Shown: piece after piece, positions 12,015 through 24,565 of the stretch
How positions within the stretch are numbered: the stretch's first letter is position 1
Layout: each line of letters begins with the position of its first letter
DNA from: Basidiobolus meristosporus CBS 931.73
Lineage: Eukaryota; Fungi; Basidiobolomycota
Direction of reading: 5' to 3'
Assembly (NCBI GenBank): GCA_002104905.1
Contig: MCFE01000025.1
Location: 124,001 to 188,000, forward strand
DNA: 64,000 nt
Program-made: the position numbers and the translations under genes
The notes under the pieces: generated by a model
What the model saw: only the letters and a program-made list of their open reading frames with translations
What the model was told of the DNA's origin: nothing
Databases searched by the model: none

Positions 12015-12875
12015 GCTGCAGCCATATGCACCACCACATTGGACTCAGCAAAGGGCAATACTGAGGCATTGCATTCCACCTATCACCACCACAACATTTT
12101 GAATGGAGAGCACTACCAAAAATGGATGGTGACATGATGGGTGGTAGACTGAAAGTAATGGGAAGCAAAGGTCTTGTACCAGGAAGAGCAAAGTCTCTGA
12201 TTGCAACTCCAATGAGGAGAAAGAAGAAACTGAGAAGATGGTTGGTAGTGGATAGCACCCTGCAAATATAGTGGTCCCCATTGTGTGTATTCTAGCTGCT
12301 GGATGGGATAAATAAACTAGGAGTGATGGCTAGGAGCTTTATAAGCCATAGCCAAGCAGACAATTGACTTGATCAATCATATTACTTTCTAGATCTTTAA
12401 GTAAGCAGATGCAAAACTAGAGATTTGCAGATATGATTCCTGTTCCAACAAGTATAAACATCATTCTATCAATGCTTAGTTACTTTGCTGTTGTGATGAG
12501 AATAAAATGTAGTACATCAATTTCCCTCTTCAGCCACTATCAATACTTGTCATGATGATAAAAACTGGAAAAGTCAGAATTTTGAAACCATCCAGATAAC
12601 CCTCCCCAAAATACGTAGAAAGTATTAGCATAACTCCCATCCGGCACCACGGGATTGCATTAAAGCAGTTATACTACAAGTTCGTGCTGGGAATTTAGGA
12701 TAATAGATAATGACTACTATTCTGATGTATGCAAACCTTGGCAAATCCAATACGTACAATGAATGATTAGGCGAACGTCATGCAAAAGTATTTATTAAAC
12801 TGAAAGGATCTAGTGTAGTTACATGGTTAGTATGCAATCAGGGGAACTTGAAGGTGGGTGTACTACTCGTCAGGT

Positions 12876-15800
12876 TTACCAGGCGAGTCTGGCCATGACA
12901 CCCTTTGGATACTTGCGGACGAAGTATTTACGGGTCTCGTCGGCACCAAGAATGATCATCGCCCCAGCCAACGGGATGAACCAGAATTGTACTGGGACCG
13001 GTCTCGTATTAAAGATGTTGTTGAATACTGGGAGATATACAGCAAGTAGAGCGAGTACGACGGAACCCACTTGAGCACCGAACAACCAAAGATTACGGGA
13101 GGATTGAGCCCATGGGGGATGCTGTAGAATCGAGAGACGGCGAGTACGAGCACCTAACAAGTTACCAAAGGACTGAAGGATAACTAGAGTGACGAAGGTG
13201 ACACATTGGCCGGTGTATTGCAAATCGTCCAACTGAGCTTGACTCATTCCCTTGTATCCGTCAGTCCATTTATCGAATTGGAGCAGAATATCACTGGCAG
13301 ACAGGCCCGCGGTGGACTGGATGTAATAGAAGAACATCGCATGCGAGAAGAAGGTCTCCATCAGACCAGTGAAAAGATAAGCGTGACGCAAGAGTTTGAA
13401 GTTGACTAGGCGATCTTGACTTGGACGACGAGGGGGGCGTTGCAGTAGATCAGATTCCGCAGTTTCGAACATCATGGCAACGGACGGCAACATGTCAGTG
13501 AGCACACAGATGCAGATCATGAGGAAGGCCGAAAGTGGAAGGGGCACACCCAGCAGGAAGTTCACCAGGATAGGAATCAACTCAGACCATGAACCGGCTG
13601 GCAGCAAGTAGAGAATAACTTTCTTGAGGTTGTCATACACAAGTCTGCCATTTTCAATCGCAACAATGATTGAGGAGAAATTGTTGTCCAGCAGCACCAT
13701 GTGAGCGGCTTCCATGGCTACTTCACTCCCGCTGCCCATTGCAATCCCGATGTTTGCTGCCTTCAATGCGGGGGCGTCATTAACGCCGTCGCCTGTTACA
13801 CCAACAATGTTTCCGCGCTGTTGGAACTCTTGGACAATACGAAGTTTCTGCTCAGGGGTGGTGCGAGCAAACACGATCTCGTCATAATGAGTGATGGTGT
13901 CCCATTGCTGCTCACTAAGGCCAGGAAGGTCAGCTCCGGACAGCACCAAGGCCTTCTTGACACTCTTCTCGCCGTCATGCGTGACCAGACTGATTTGCTC
14001 TTTTGTGGGAGCTAGATCAGCTGCGTTGTCTACGTGCGAGGCAGTGATGATGCCGACCTTTCTGGCAATGGCTGCAGCAGTAAGTGAGTAATCGCCGGTA
14101 ACCATGAACAGTCGGATACCTGCTTGACGACAGGTTTTCACCACATTATAGATTTCGGGTCTAGGAGGGTCAATGATTCCAACCAGTCCTACAATGCACA
14201 TTCCTTGGGCGAGAGACTCTACAGCCTCTGACTCCATGGTAGAATCGAACTCTTGGTCTTCAAGGAATCTTCTCGTAATGAGAAGCACCCGCTGTCCCTC
14301 CGAACTCCATTCCTCTTGTTGACGGAGCAATCTATTCTTCGCCTCTTGGTCCAACTCCAGCTCGGTGCCGTCCATGCTTAATACATGAGTACATCTATCG
14401 AATAGAAAATCAGGTGCACCCTTCAGCATGAGTACAGGTTTCTTGTGGCCGAAGCAATTGTCGCCCTTTTCACCTTGCGCAATGGTCAGCATCCATTTGT
14501 TTTTCGAGTTGAAGGGGATCTCATGGAGCTTGGTGAACTCCTTGTTGTGCTGGCTGACCATATTGAACTCTTCGCTGAACCGAAGTAGGGCAGAGTCAGT
14601 AGCATCCCCAATGGTTTTCCTCTCTGACACTGGATAGTTCAGCGAATCCACATCGAAAGACGCACTGTTGCAGAGACCCGACACGGATAACAACTGCAAG
14701 ACACCTGAGGATTTGGTGTTGAAGTAGCCTCGGCAGTCACTGATGCTGAAGGGTTGATCGATGAACACGTTGTTCACGAACATACGGTTTTGGGTGAGAG
14801 TGCCGGTTTTATCGGATGCGATGACATTCACTGAACCTAGGGTTTCGACTGTGGTGAGATTCTTCACAAGAACCTTTTGCTGTTGCATGCGGCGAGCAAC
14901 CAATGTGAGTGTTAGAGTTAACGCCACTGGAAGGCCCTCTGGTACAAAGGCAACGAGTACTGCAATGGCGTTGACCATGGCTGTGGATAGGTTAAGGAAA
15001 TTTGGGTATGAGGTTCTTAACCAAGCAACCCAGAGGATCATGACAAAGAGAGCGGTGGATAATGATAGTGTTGCGATGATTCTTACGAAACGACTGATCT
15101 CTATCTGGAGTAAGGTTCGAGATTGTCCAGAGTTACTTGAGAGCTTCGCTACTTTGCCCATGACAGTCTGGTCTCCGGTAGACACAACTAAGGCGATACC
15201 CTCTCCGTTCGTAACCAGAGTTCCCATTAGAGCGATATTCCTGGACTCCAAGTAGTTCTCATCGGTCATTTCCACGGTTCCGGTAATGGGGTCACTCTCG
15301 CCGGTGAGAACTGATTTGTCAAATTTGATATCAGAGCAGCTTAACATTCTAGCGTCAGCCGGCACCTTGTTACCATAGGTGAGATACACTAGATCGCCCA
15401 CAACCAAGTTGCTCACCGGGATTCTGATTTTCTTTCCGTCACGTTTGACCAATGCATTGGCTGGAAGCATGTTGTTAATGGACTTCATCACCTTGGAGGA
15501 GCTCCAATCCTGATAAGCATTGAAGCCGGCTTGCAGACTGATGACAATCAAAATCAACACAGCAAGCCCGAGGTTAGTTGGGTCCGGAGGATTTCCTAGC
15601 GGCTGCCAGGCCAAGAAACAGACCAGGGAAGCAAACCACAAAAGACCACAGAAGCCTCCGAATCCATAGTCAAGGATCTTCGACAGCAACTTGGAAGGGG
15701 GTGGAGAGATCTGGTTTTTTCCGTTACGGGATAGTCGATTGGCCGCGTTGGTTGCATCCAGGCCGTTCTCTATTGATGTATTGAAGCGAAGGCTAAGTTC

Positions 15801-16076
15801 ATGCAAGGTTGATTTATGGAAGTTGACAGCCAGCTCTGTTTGGAGGGATTGGTCATCCTTGGCATCGTTACGTGTACGCGCTTCATCCAAGCGAATGGAA
15901 AGAGTGCGGTACTCCACTGTTAGAGTGCGAGTGATTCCCAAAGGAGACGAAGTAGTTTGCGGGTTGGAGCTCTGAGCCATATCCTCGCCGTCAGAAGACT
16001 TGGTGGCCTTGGTGAATTTCTCAAGCATCGCAGAAGATATCTTCACAGGAGGTCGAAACTGAAGTGGGCTCTGCAA
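12876..16076 (-). CDS. P-type ATPase, Na+,K+-ATPase-like (probably fungal ACU alkali-cation uptake type), paralogue 1
   Basis: 1066-aa uninterrupted ORF: TGES, VPEGL, DKTGTLTQN, KGAP, DPPR, TGD, GDGVNDAPAL, and M5-M6 LPAGSWSE..PLPL..TDM. The ORF starts at TTG; the first ATG is at 16028, so the true start is uncertain. Confidence 0.93.
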   Translation of the reverse strand: MQSPLQFRPPVKISSAMLEKFTKATKSSDGEDMAQSSNPQTTSSPLGITRTLTVEYRTLSIRLDEARTRNDAKDDQSLQTELAVNFHKSTLHELSLRFNTSIENGLDATNAANRLSRNGKNQISPPPSKLLSKILDYGFGGFCGLLWFASLVCFLAWQPLGNPPDPTNLGLAVLILIVISLQAGFNAYQDWSSSKVMKSINNMLPANALVKRDGKKIRIPVSNLVVGDLVYLTYGNKVPADARMLSCSDIKFDKSVLTGESDPITGTVEMTDENYLESRNIALMGTLVTNGEGIALVVSTGDQTVMGKVAKLSSNSGQSRTLLQIEISRFVRIIATLSLSTALFVMILWVAWLRTSYPNFLNLSTAMVNAIAVLVAFVPEGLPVALTLTLTLVARRMQQQKVLVKNLTTVETLGSVNVIASDKTGTLTQNRMFVNNVFIDQPFSISDCRGYFNTKSSGVLQLLSVSGLCNSASFDVDSLNYPVSERKTIGDATDSALLRFSEEFNMVSQHNKEFTKLHEIPFNSKNKWMLTIAQGEKGDNCFGHKKPVLMLKGAPDFLFDRCTHVLSMDGTELELDQEAKNRLLRQQEEWSSEGQRVLLITRRFLEDQEFDSTMESEAVESLAQGMCIVGLVGIIDPPRPEIYNVVKTCRQAGIRLFMVTGDYSLTAAAIARKVGIITASHVDNAADLAPTKEQISLVTHDGEKSVKKALVLSGADLPGLSEQQWDTITHYDEIVFARTTPEQKLRIVQEFQQRGNIVGVTGDGVNDAPALKAANIGIAMGSGSEVAMEAAHMVLLDNNFSSIIVAIENGRLVYDNLKKVILYLLPAGSWSELIPILVNFLLGVPLPLSAFLMICICVLTDMLPSVAMMFETAESDLLQRPPRRPSQDRLVNFKLLRHAYLFTGLMETFFSHAMFFYYIQSTAGLSASDILLQFDKWTDGYKGMSQAQLDDLQYTGQCVTFVTLVILQSFGNLLGARTRRLSILQHPPWAQSSRNLWLFGAQVGSVVLALLAVYLPVFNNIFNTRPVPVQFWFIPLAGAMIILGADETRKYFVRKYPKGVMARLAW

Positions 16077-16953
16077 TACCTCTCAGAAAGAGCCGTCAAG
16101 GTATTTATGGTCCTCGGTTCTTTGAAGGGTGTGAAAATCCATGAAGTATTCCGGTTTTTCTTACTATCAGTATACATCGCCAATGCCACCAAGCAATATA
16201 CATATGCCACATCTAATCCTTTATCTGTCAAGGTGTTACTTCACTCTTGTGCCAGCAACAATGATTTCGTATTGTCGGTTGGAACAAATCATGTGCGACT
16301 ATGGGAACCTTGCTTCTGATCTATTCCCTACTAATGGAGTCAAATCACCCTTGCTTTCGATCCATCCACCACTGATACAGTCAATTCACACATGTCCTCC
16401 ATTGATCAGTAAGGATTGCAACTCCCAACTACAGGATTGTATCTGGATGGAGGTAGGCATATTTGGCAATCGCTGATTTTAGGTTGCGATTGAAGCATGT
16501 GCTCAGAACTGGATGACACCTGATTTCGCTCCGTTTTCGGCCATCTCTCATCCCATGTGGCACCTATTCATGATACGGGTTTCAAGGACCATGTGCTTGG
16601 TAGCCAGCAATTCGTTTTCTTTATGAACAGCCATACGGATTATATCTATTTGCTGTATTTGGTAATCTAGCTCCACGCTGCAGTGAATTCTTTTGGGGAA
16701 AGTGTCCAGCAGAACCCTTCAATTTTCGTGGCACATTGGATATCCATTCGTTTGCAGCGTAGGGAAAGCAATATATTGAAATCTCAAGCTAAACTGTCAA
16801 CAAAGACTTTACCGCTTTAGACTAGGCTCAGGTTACACCAACGCGATTACAATCTGTCCATTTCTATTAGTACAACAGTTTATTTCAAAAGGCCAAGATT
16901 TAAAGGAGATTAAAATATCTTAGATAAGTCTAACGAAGGATTAATAATGCAGG

Positions 16954-18099
16954 TTATGCATGAGACGGGACTTGCTGGGCAAATGCCTCACTGTCATGGT
17001 GCTGCTTACTATTTACCAACATGGGATCATCGCCGAGGTGGTCACTGTTCGATGAAAGTAGGTCGTTATCCAGTTTGGCTAGATCTAATTTAAATGAGTC
17101 CACTTCCAAGGCGATTAGCTCTCGTATGTTTGGCATATCTTCAACCGCCTCGAATGAGAAATCGAATTCTTGATCATGCACCGGCTCGTTGTCAGGATTA
17201 TGGTATGCCTTCAAGTATGGGTGCGCCAATGCTTCTTCGATTGTGATCCGCTTCCTAGGGTCGAATTCCAAGAATCTTCCTAGTAGATCTAAGGCCAGAG
17301 GCGATGCATGTGGATACAGCTGTGAGAACGGGATACGTGTCATCTTAGGTAAGCTACGGATATACATCCTTGCCCTTTCACTCCCCATCTCATCCAGTAC
17401 AGAGTCCTCTGGAGTGCCCACAATGCCCAGGATTTGATTGAGTTGATCCACATAGTCCCGACCCTTGAACAATGGCCTTCCGCCTAGCAGCTCAGCAAGA
17501 ATACACCCAACTGACCATAGATCAATTGCCTTGGTATATGATTGATTGGATAGCATGATTTCAGGAGCTCTGTAATAGCGAGTGGCCACGTACTCCGTCA
17601 TAAAGCCGGTATCATTTTTAGTTGCATCAACAAAGCCCCTGGCTAAACCAAAGTCACATATCTTCAGCTCACAATCACGATTCACCAACAGGTTTCCAGG
17701 CTTCAAGTCCCGGTGAAGAACGTTCGCTGAGTGAATATACTTTAGGCCGCGACAAATCTGATATATGAAGTACTGATAATGTGAGTTGGTAAGCGATTGT
17801 TTCGAGCGGATTATCTGGTGTAAGTCGGCTTCCATCAACTCTTGTACGAGGTAGATTTCTTGGAATTCGGCAGGATTCAGCAACTCCATATCATATACAG
17901 ATATGATGTTTTCGTGGCCGTTAAAATGTCTTAGTAGCTTCAGCTCTCTCAGGGCTCGCTTCGCTAGTAGTTTCTTCTCAAATATTTTGCTGACTTTTTT
18001 TACGGCCACTTCCTCACCTGTGACCAGACATTTCGCCGACCGTACTAGACCGTAGGCGCCTTTCCCAAGCTCTCTAATGTAGGCGTACTTCTGCTCCAT
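16954..18099 (-). CDS. SLT2: MAP kinase, TEY type, Slt2/Mpk1 (cell-wall integrity)-like
   Basis: 381-aa intronless ORF: [49 protein letters not shown]. Confidence 0.85.
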   Translation of the reverse strand: MEQKYAYIRELGKGAYGLVRSAKCLVTGEEVAVKKVSKIFEKKLLAKRALRELKLLRHFNGHENIISVYDMELLNPAEFQEIYLVQELMEADLHQIIRSKQSLTNSHYQYFIYQICRGLKYIHSANVLHRDLKPGNLLVNRDCELKICDFGLARGFVDATKNDTGFMTEYVATRYYRAPEIMLSNQSYTKAIDLWSVGCILAELLGGRPLFKGRDYVDQLNQILGIVGTPEDSVLDEMGSERARMYIRSLPKMTRIPFSQLYPHASPLALDLLGRFLEFDPRKRITIEEALAHPYLKAYHNPDNEPVHDQEFDFSFEAVEDMPNIRELIALEVDSFKLDLAKLDNDLLSSNSDHLGDDPMLVNSKQHHDSEAFAQQVPSHA

Positions 18100-18649
18100 G
18101 ATCGCGCTCTCCTAGGATATAGAAAGATAGAAGCCAATATGTTGGTTTGAGTGGTACGTTCAAGTAGTTATTTAATGTTTTATGCTCAATGACGAGAAAC
18201 CTTCCTATTTATTCAAAGGTATGGAAAACAATAGTGGTCTTTCAGTCTTGATCCATAGAAATGCAAGGCATGTATGTGCACATGCTGGCTCTCCCAATTT
18301 ATTCAGTTTTCCTTTAAGATTTATATCATGCCGATTACCTAATGCTCCATCGGTTACTTTACATTCAACCATACAGTATTGTTCTTACTACAGATACCCG
18401 CCTCACGTGGTAACCCATGTTTCAAGATCATCAAACACACCATTGGATGATCATTTGACTGACCTGGCATTCAAAGGTTAAATGGCGCCAGTCCATCCAG
18501 ACCTTACTTCTTCACCAAGAGTTGGTGGACATAGAGGAGTTTCTGAAACCAAACTTACCATGCATACACATGGATAACGTGAGTGGTGGTCAACGTATTT
18601 CTGATATTGGCTTAAGTTTATTGTTAACGCTTGCATATAGGGTAGGGAA

Positions 18650-19410
18650 TTAAACTCTGAATATTTCAAGGGCGGTAAGACCAACGATGGGCAGCAAAAG
18701 TCCACCAATCAAGGCATGAGAGGCACCTGATGTTGGTGTAGAGGTACTCTCGACAGGACTGCTGGGTGAGGCCTCACTCTCACTAGAGGCAGAGCTAGGC
18801 GTGGCCTCACTATCACTAGGGGTAGGGCTAGGTGTGACCTCACCATCACTCGGGGTAGAGCTGGGTGTAACCTCACTAACACTCGGGGTAGAGCTAGGCG
18901 CGACCGCGCTATCACTAGGGGTAGAGCTAGATGTGATATCAGGAGTACCTGATGCATCACTGGTCATGGCCTCGGTAGTGCTAGGTGTATCAGAAGTACT
19001 CGAGTCAGTTGTCACGATATTGGTGCTGGTTGAAACACTCGTAGGTTGGCTGGTTGCTTGAGACTCGGTAGTAATTTCCACTGGTAGCAGGTTTCCCCAA
19101 TGAGTGTTGAAACATTTTTGGAAGCATTCAGCAGCGGTTGAAGGATCCTGGCACTTTGATACGCATTCTTGTGTTTGGGTGACTTGAAGATAACCAATAA
19201 ATAAATACGAACCAGGGAAGGGAATGGCAATCAAGACATAGAACACTTACTATCATCAACACTTGGGGCAGGAACATTAAAGCATTTAGCACGACAAACC
19301 ATGTCTTCAGGGTCGCACTTTGCTTCACATGGTGACTGCTGAGCCAAGGCGTAGTTCGCGCTAGCAGCAAGGAAAGTAAGAATAGCTCCAGTAGCAGTGT
19401 TGAACTTCAT
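18650..19410 (-). CDS. Secreted, probably GPI-anchored protein: Cys-rich N-domain plus Ser/Thr/Pro stalk
   Basis: Exons 19410-19251 and 19182-18650. Signal peptide MKFNTATGAILTFLAASANYALA; CEAKC..CRAKCFNVPAP..CVSKC..CFQKC; S/T stalk; hydrophobic C-terminus. Confidence 0.85.
18775..18935 (-). repeat. 33-bp coding tandem repeat (about 4-5 units of TPSSTPSDxEV)
   Basis: Unit resembles CTCACTATCACTAGGGGTAGRGCTAGGTGTGAC, repeated in the stalk-coding region. Confidence 0.85.
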
Positions 19411-19968
19411 CGCGATATTGGATTGCGATATTACTAACGTAAATTTATATATCATTTGGAATGCCTAGAACCGATGTATGAACTCTAACCAAGAACAAAA
19501 TCGATCAACGCATTTAGCCTTTTAGAAGGAAAAATTCAAGGTGCTGATGATTTTGGAAAGATTGCCCTGAAGAAATTGCTTTGTGATGGCACTCTAATCA
19601 AGGTTAATGGATATATGAGGAGTTTAGCTAAAGAAGTCAGTTTGTTTATCTACCTCTATGTGTAACAGAAGGGTGCGATGAGTACGCCTGGCTTGGCTTC
19701 ATAATGTGGCCAGTCACCACATTTACTGTGACTGACGAAAATTTTCTATTTTTGACAGAATGCGGGAACTGATTATCTTTGAATAAACTCGGATGAATCG
19801 ATATCCTGAATCAATTAGGTTAAAAAAATTTTGGTATTCTGGCTGGATCACCATACGTGAGAGAACAGATCAAGAATTCACCTACTTGAACATTCAATTC
19901 CGAACACATTGCTCCTACATTATAGAGAAAGAGGCACCTCCATTCACAAAGAAATACTGTACATACCC

Positions 19969-22547
19969 ATGTTGAAAGCAGGTTTTAATCGGAAGCTACC
20001 CATAACTATGACGAGATATGGAGCGTTGCGTCCAATAGCTTGCAAATGGATGAATTTGACTCGACCACTTACCACGTCGCATTATTCCTCCCCTCACGTT
20101 TTCACCGCCGTAGATTCCCAGCAAACCGGAAGTGATGAAGCTCTACGTCAGCTATTTGACGACATGGACTTCTGGCGTCAAGCTCAACATAACGGTCCGC
20201 AAAAATGGCTAAATTCGCACTCTTACCCTTTGAAAACTGGCTTGTTCCAAATCCCGGTGTTGAACAACCCAGAAGGGTTCAAGATAAGTGCGGAAAGAGC
20301 GCTCAGAAAGGCTCAGACGCTGGTGGACAAGATCTGCATGGCGGAAACACCATACGAATTGCGTAGAGTGGTCAAACTACTGGACCAACTGAGTGATGTT
20401 CTATGCTCAGTTATCGATTTGGCCGAGTTTGTTCGCACCACACACCCTAGTGAGGAGGTCATGGAGAAAAGTAATGAAGCCTACTCGATGATGTGCTCCT
20501 ACATGAATACCTTGAATACTCACGTCGGCCTGTATGAAGTAAGTTCACGTTTTCGATATCACCAATGAGTTGGGACACTGGATTGACAGTCACCTTTAGT
20601 CACTGAAAAAAGTCTTGGCCACACCAACCATCACGGCGGATTTCTCCCAAGAGGAACGTCAAGTAGCCGAGATATTCCTGAGAGACTTTGAAAAATCGGG
20701 GATTCATCTTTCCCAAAAGCAGAGAGATCAGTTTGTAGCCCTGTCTGACAAGATCATTTTGCTTGGCAGGCTATTCACCCAGAATACAGAACCTCGCATC
20801 GGCCATATCGAGGTAACCCCACCATCCAGACTGGCCGGAATGAATCCGTCTTACATCCGAGCCTTTACCCGTGGAAACACGGCAGTCATCCCCACCTCAC
20901 CATGGGAGGCGCACGCAGTTTTGCGTACCGTTCACGATGGAGAGATCAGAAAAAATATGTATGTGGGAGCGAATTCAGCCACTGAAGAGCAGATCAGCGT
21001 GTTGGAAGAGCTATTGGTAACCAGAGATAATCTCGCAAAACTGCTTGGCAAGGAAAGCTACGGGCACATGTTTTTGGCCGACAAGATGGTCAAGAATCCA
21101 GGTAATTTCTAGAAATGCCAGAAATCATCTGATTTGGCGACTAAATTGACACCGGCTTCGTCTAGAAAACGTCAGGACTTTCCTCAAAACAATCGTCGAT
21201 TCCCAATTCCCCAAGTACCGAACGGATTTGAAGATACTGCAGAAGGCCAAGCAAAGAAACACAAAGTCGAAGGATCTACCAAGTTTACAAGCTTGGGATC
21301 GAGATTACTACATGGAGTTGGTCAGCTCTGCCATAGCAACGCGCCCATCCTCCCCCATATCGCCTTATTTGTCAGTGGGATCTGCGATGGACGGTCTTTC
21401 CCAGCTATTCAACCGCCTCTATGGAGTTAAATTTATTCCCGGCACAATTCAACCGGGCGAAGTATGGCACGATGGAGTACGGAAGCTTGAAGTGGTCAAC
21501 GAAAATGGGGACAAATGCGGCACGATATACTGCGATCTCTATTCCAGACCCGGAAAGCAAATCAACGCTGCCCATTATACCGTAAGGTGTTCCCGTAGAA
21601 TCGATGATGATGAGGTGGTTGGCCGAGAGGTTGAGCTAGAGAACCCCGGAGTCTCGGTCAAAGGCAGACCTGGAAAGTACCAATTGCCAATGGTTGTTCT
21701 GGTATGCAACTTTACCCAGCCACGAGGTAAATCACACCCTAGCTTGTTGACCCTATCCGAACTGGAAACATTGTTTCATGAAATGGGTCACGCCATGCAC
21801 TGTAAGTAGAACTCTCTTCAACACTTCAACCGCCCCAACTCACAATGTTTCATCATCAGCCATGTTAGGAAGAACGGAATTCCACAATGTAGCAGGTAAA
21901 ACATCAGGCCGTGCTCTTTAAACCGCAACCGTGACTAATCAAACATCATTCTATTAGGCACCAGATGTCCCATCGATTTTGTAGAATTACCATCCATTAT
22001 CATGGAACACTTCGCCACGAACCCCCAGGTTCTCTCCCTGTTTGCAAGGCACCATGAAACACGCAAGCCACTTCCCGAAAGCTTGCTTCAAGCCCACCTG
22101 AAAAGCCGGTCTGTGTTTTCTTCGGTCGAAACACAGGCGCAGATTTTGATGGCGATGCTTGACCAAGAGTACCACGGAAACCTATCACAAGCCAGACATG
22201 GATTTTCCAGCCAGATCTATGCTGCCCTACAGAACAACGTCGCCCTGATGCCCTACGTCCCCGACACTCATTGGCAGGTGCAATTTGGCCATCTCTTCGG
22301 ATACGGTGCTGGCTACTACAGTTATCTCTTTGGAAGAGCCCTAGCCCAACGCATGTGGAAGGGCTCCTTCGAGGTGGATCCGCTGGCCAGGGAAAGTGGC
22401 GAGCGATTCAAGAATGAGGTTCTGAGCTGGGGCGGAGGAAGAGACCCCTGGTTGTGTATTGGAGAAATGTTGGAAAACGAGACCTTGATCCAAGGAGATC
22501 ACAAAGCCATGGAAGAAGTTGGGAAGTGGGGAGTCATGTCATCATAA
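19969..22547 (+). CDS. OCT1: Mitochondrial intermediate peptidase (peptidase M3)
   Basis: Spliced model with GT-AG introns after 20538, 21101 and two more. LDQLSDVLCSVIDLAEF, YCDLYSRPGK..AAHYTVRCSRR, FHEMGH (21777-21791), GTRCPIDFVELPSIIME, HLFGYGAGYYSYL. Confidence 0.95.
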
Positions 22548-23672
22548 ATCATCTTGTAATCACCCAAATCCAACCTAGACCGCACGACACCGATTGAAGT
22601 TGGTGGTTGGGCCACATATTTCACCCTAATCTCAAAATCACTCACTGCATCGGCAATTTTCATTCTACCAAACAATTCAATATCCCATATTGCGTATCCC
22701 ACATCCCACGCGCCCACACGATCATGATTGAAATCATATTTATGATTAATCGTTTCACCAGCTCCCCATCCCAGTAAGCGGTCTAGACATCCTAGACCTC
22801 GCCTCAAAAACAACTCGACATTCTATATTAAGTAAAAAGGTGGTTGATTTAAAATTTAAGTATTCCATGTCCGCGTGGGGGAAATACCCCACAGGCTTTG
22901 AACAAGTAAACCTTCTAGATGTCATGGAGTTCATTCCACCAAATTCTAATCGAGTTTCCTCAACCGCACCTTGAGCCCAAGGTAAACGTGGTGATGGCAC
23001 ACAATTGTTGTCACCACCACGTAGCCCAAAGGGGCAATCCCTATGGATAGTACCGAATGTGGAAGAAATATCACAACTTCCTTCAGGTTAAAATTGCCAT
23101 AGGCATACCAGATAAGAGCTGGCTGCGATTTCGGTTAGTGATGAGCTTCCAAAAGCGCTTCTATAAACTCCATCAATCAGCAGGTTGTAGAAGAATTGAC
23201 CAATTCTATCCCGAACGCTTCCACTGAACGGTTAAATCCCTATGGCAAAAAAGGCAACTCGTCGGCCAATGATCTGAGCAGATCTGGTGTTATTCTCCGT
23301 CGAACGGTTCTAGATCGTCTCGGTACCTTTCCACTTAAATGGTTTACCCAACTTCTAAAAGTCGACTATCGGTTTCGGGACGAGCATCCACGAACCGCCG
23401 ATGATTGGAAGAATCCGGTAATCCAGATTTCCTGCAACTCCATATTGTTCGATACTCTGTTGGTTGGGGGTTTAAATTCATCTTGGAATTGACGGAAATT
23501 GGTTAATTTCTATTCAAACTTTAATTGATTCGCCAAAGAATTAGACGAGTTCTGTGACATCATGCGGGGAATCATCATCACCGGAGGTAGTCGGAATGAT
23601 GCGGCTGGTTTGACTATAAATACCCAACTGTTCCCTTGCTGAAAAAATATTCAATATTACTCTTTTAACATA

Positions 23673-24285
23673 ATGTCACCAAGCCAACAACAATTAGACG
23701 GATATCAAGACGCTGCTGTGAAGGGTGCCTTAACTGGTGGTCTTGTGGGTCTTGCCGTTGGTGGAGCCAGTCTCCTAGTTGGTCCCCGATTCGCTCCTAA
23801 ACTGCAGTTACTCTCTACTCCTCTTAAGGCTTACTGGGTTGGATCAGGTACGCACTTCGCTGAAATCGTAAAGTTGTCTTGTTATGGTTTGCTAACCTAT
23901 TTTCTAATTTTTAGCTGTTGCTGCTGGTGCTGTTGTCAATGGTGAGAGAGCCTACCAGGCTTACGATAAAACTGTAAGAAGTGGTGCTGCTGTCTCTCAA
24001 CAAACCGCTGAGCCTGAAGAAGCCGGATCCTTGTCACGCTTCGTCGCAGAGCATCGTTACGGTATCATTGGTGCTACCTGGGTTGCCGGCATGACTATTT
24101 CAGGATTGTACCTCTCTCGCCAGAAGTACATGACCTTCTCTCAGAAGCTCGTACAGGCTAGAATGTACGCTCAGGCCATTACTATTATTGCTTTGACCGC
24201 CACCGCTGGTGTTTCCATGGCCAACAAGAACGAACCAAGAGCGATTCCTGATGCCTACAGAGAGAAGAGACCTTGGGAGATGTAA
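23673..24285 (+). CDS. RCF2: HIG1-domain respiratory supercomplex factor, Rcf2-like
   Basis: Exons 23673-23847 and 23915-24285; C-terminal HIG1 motif QKLVQARMYAQ with an N-terminal TM hairpin. Confidence 0.85.
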
Positions 24286-24565
24286 TTCCGAAGTCGGTCC
24301 TTCCATAATAGACATTTCTTTAAACCTCGAGTCCAATGTTTATAGTATATGAACTGACTAACTAGAACCAACTATTGTATCCTAAAAATATCCCAAGAAT
24401 GCTAACCCAATAATGTATATTTAGTCCTTTAATAAAGACATCACACACTATTCGCCTAACCGACTTTCATGAACACTACTGTTCGGCAAAGGGGGGGGGA
24501 GGCCGATTGTTTACAGAACAAGATTTATTTTAGCGAGGATTAATGGTTCATATCAATGGTGAGCT

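Noticed and set aside
12030-12300. Stop-riddled frame that could be a decayed gene fragment
   Set aside because: No recognisable family, even after reading TGA as CGA.
1-12600. Classic RIP (CpA->TpA) as the cause of repeat decay
   Set aside because: CpA/TpG remain abundant and the copia RT motifs are largely intact; the loss is specific to CpG. Not quantified.
22499-23500. Possible hidden spliced minus-strand gene between OCT1 and RCF2
   Set aside because: Short ORFs and one plausible acceptor, but no consistent exon chain or motif.
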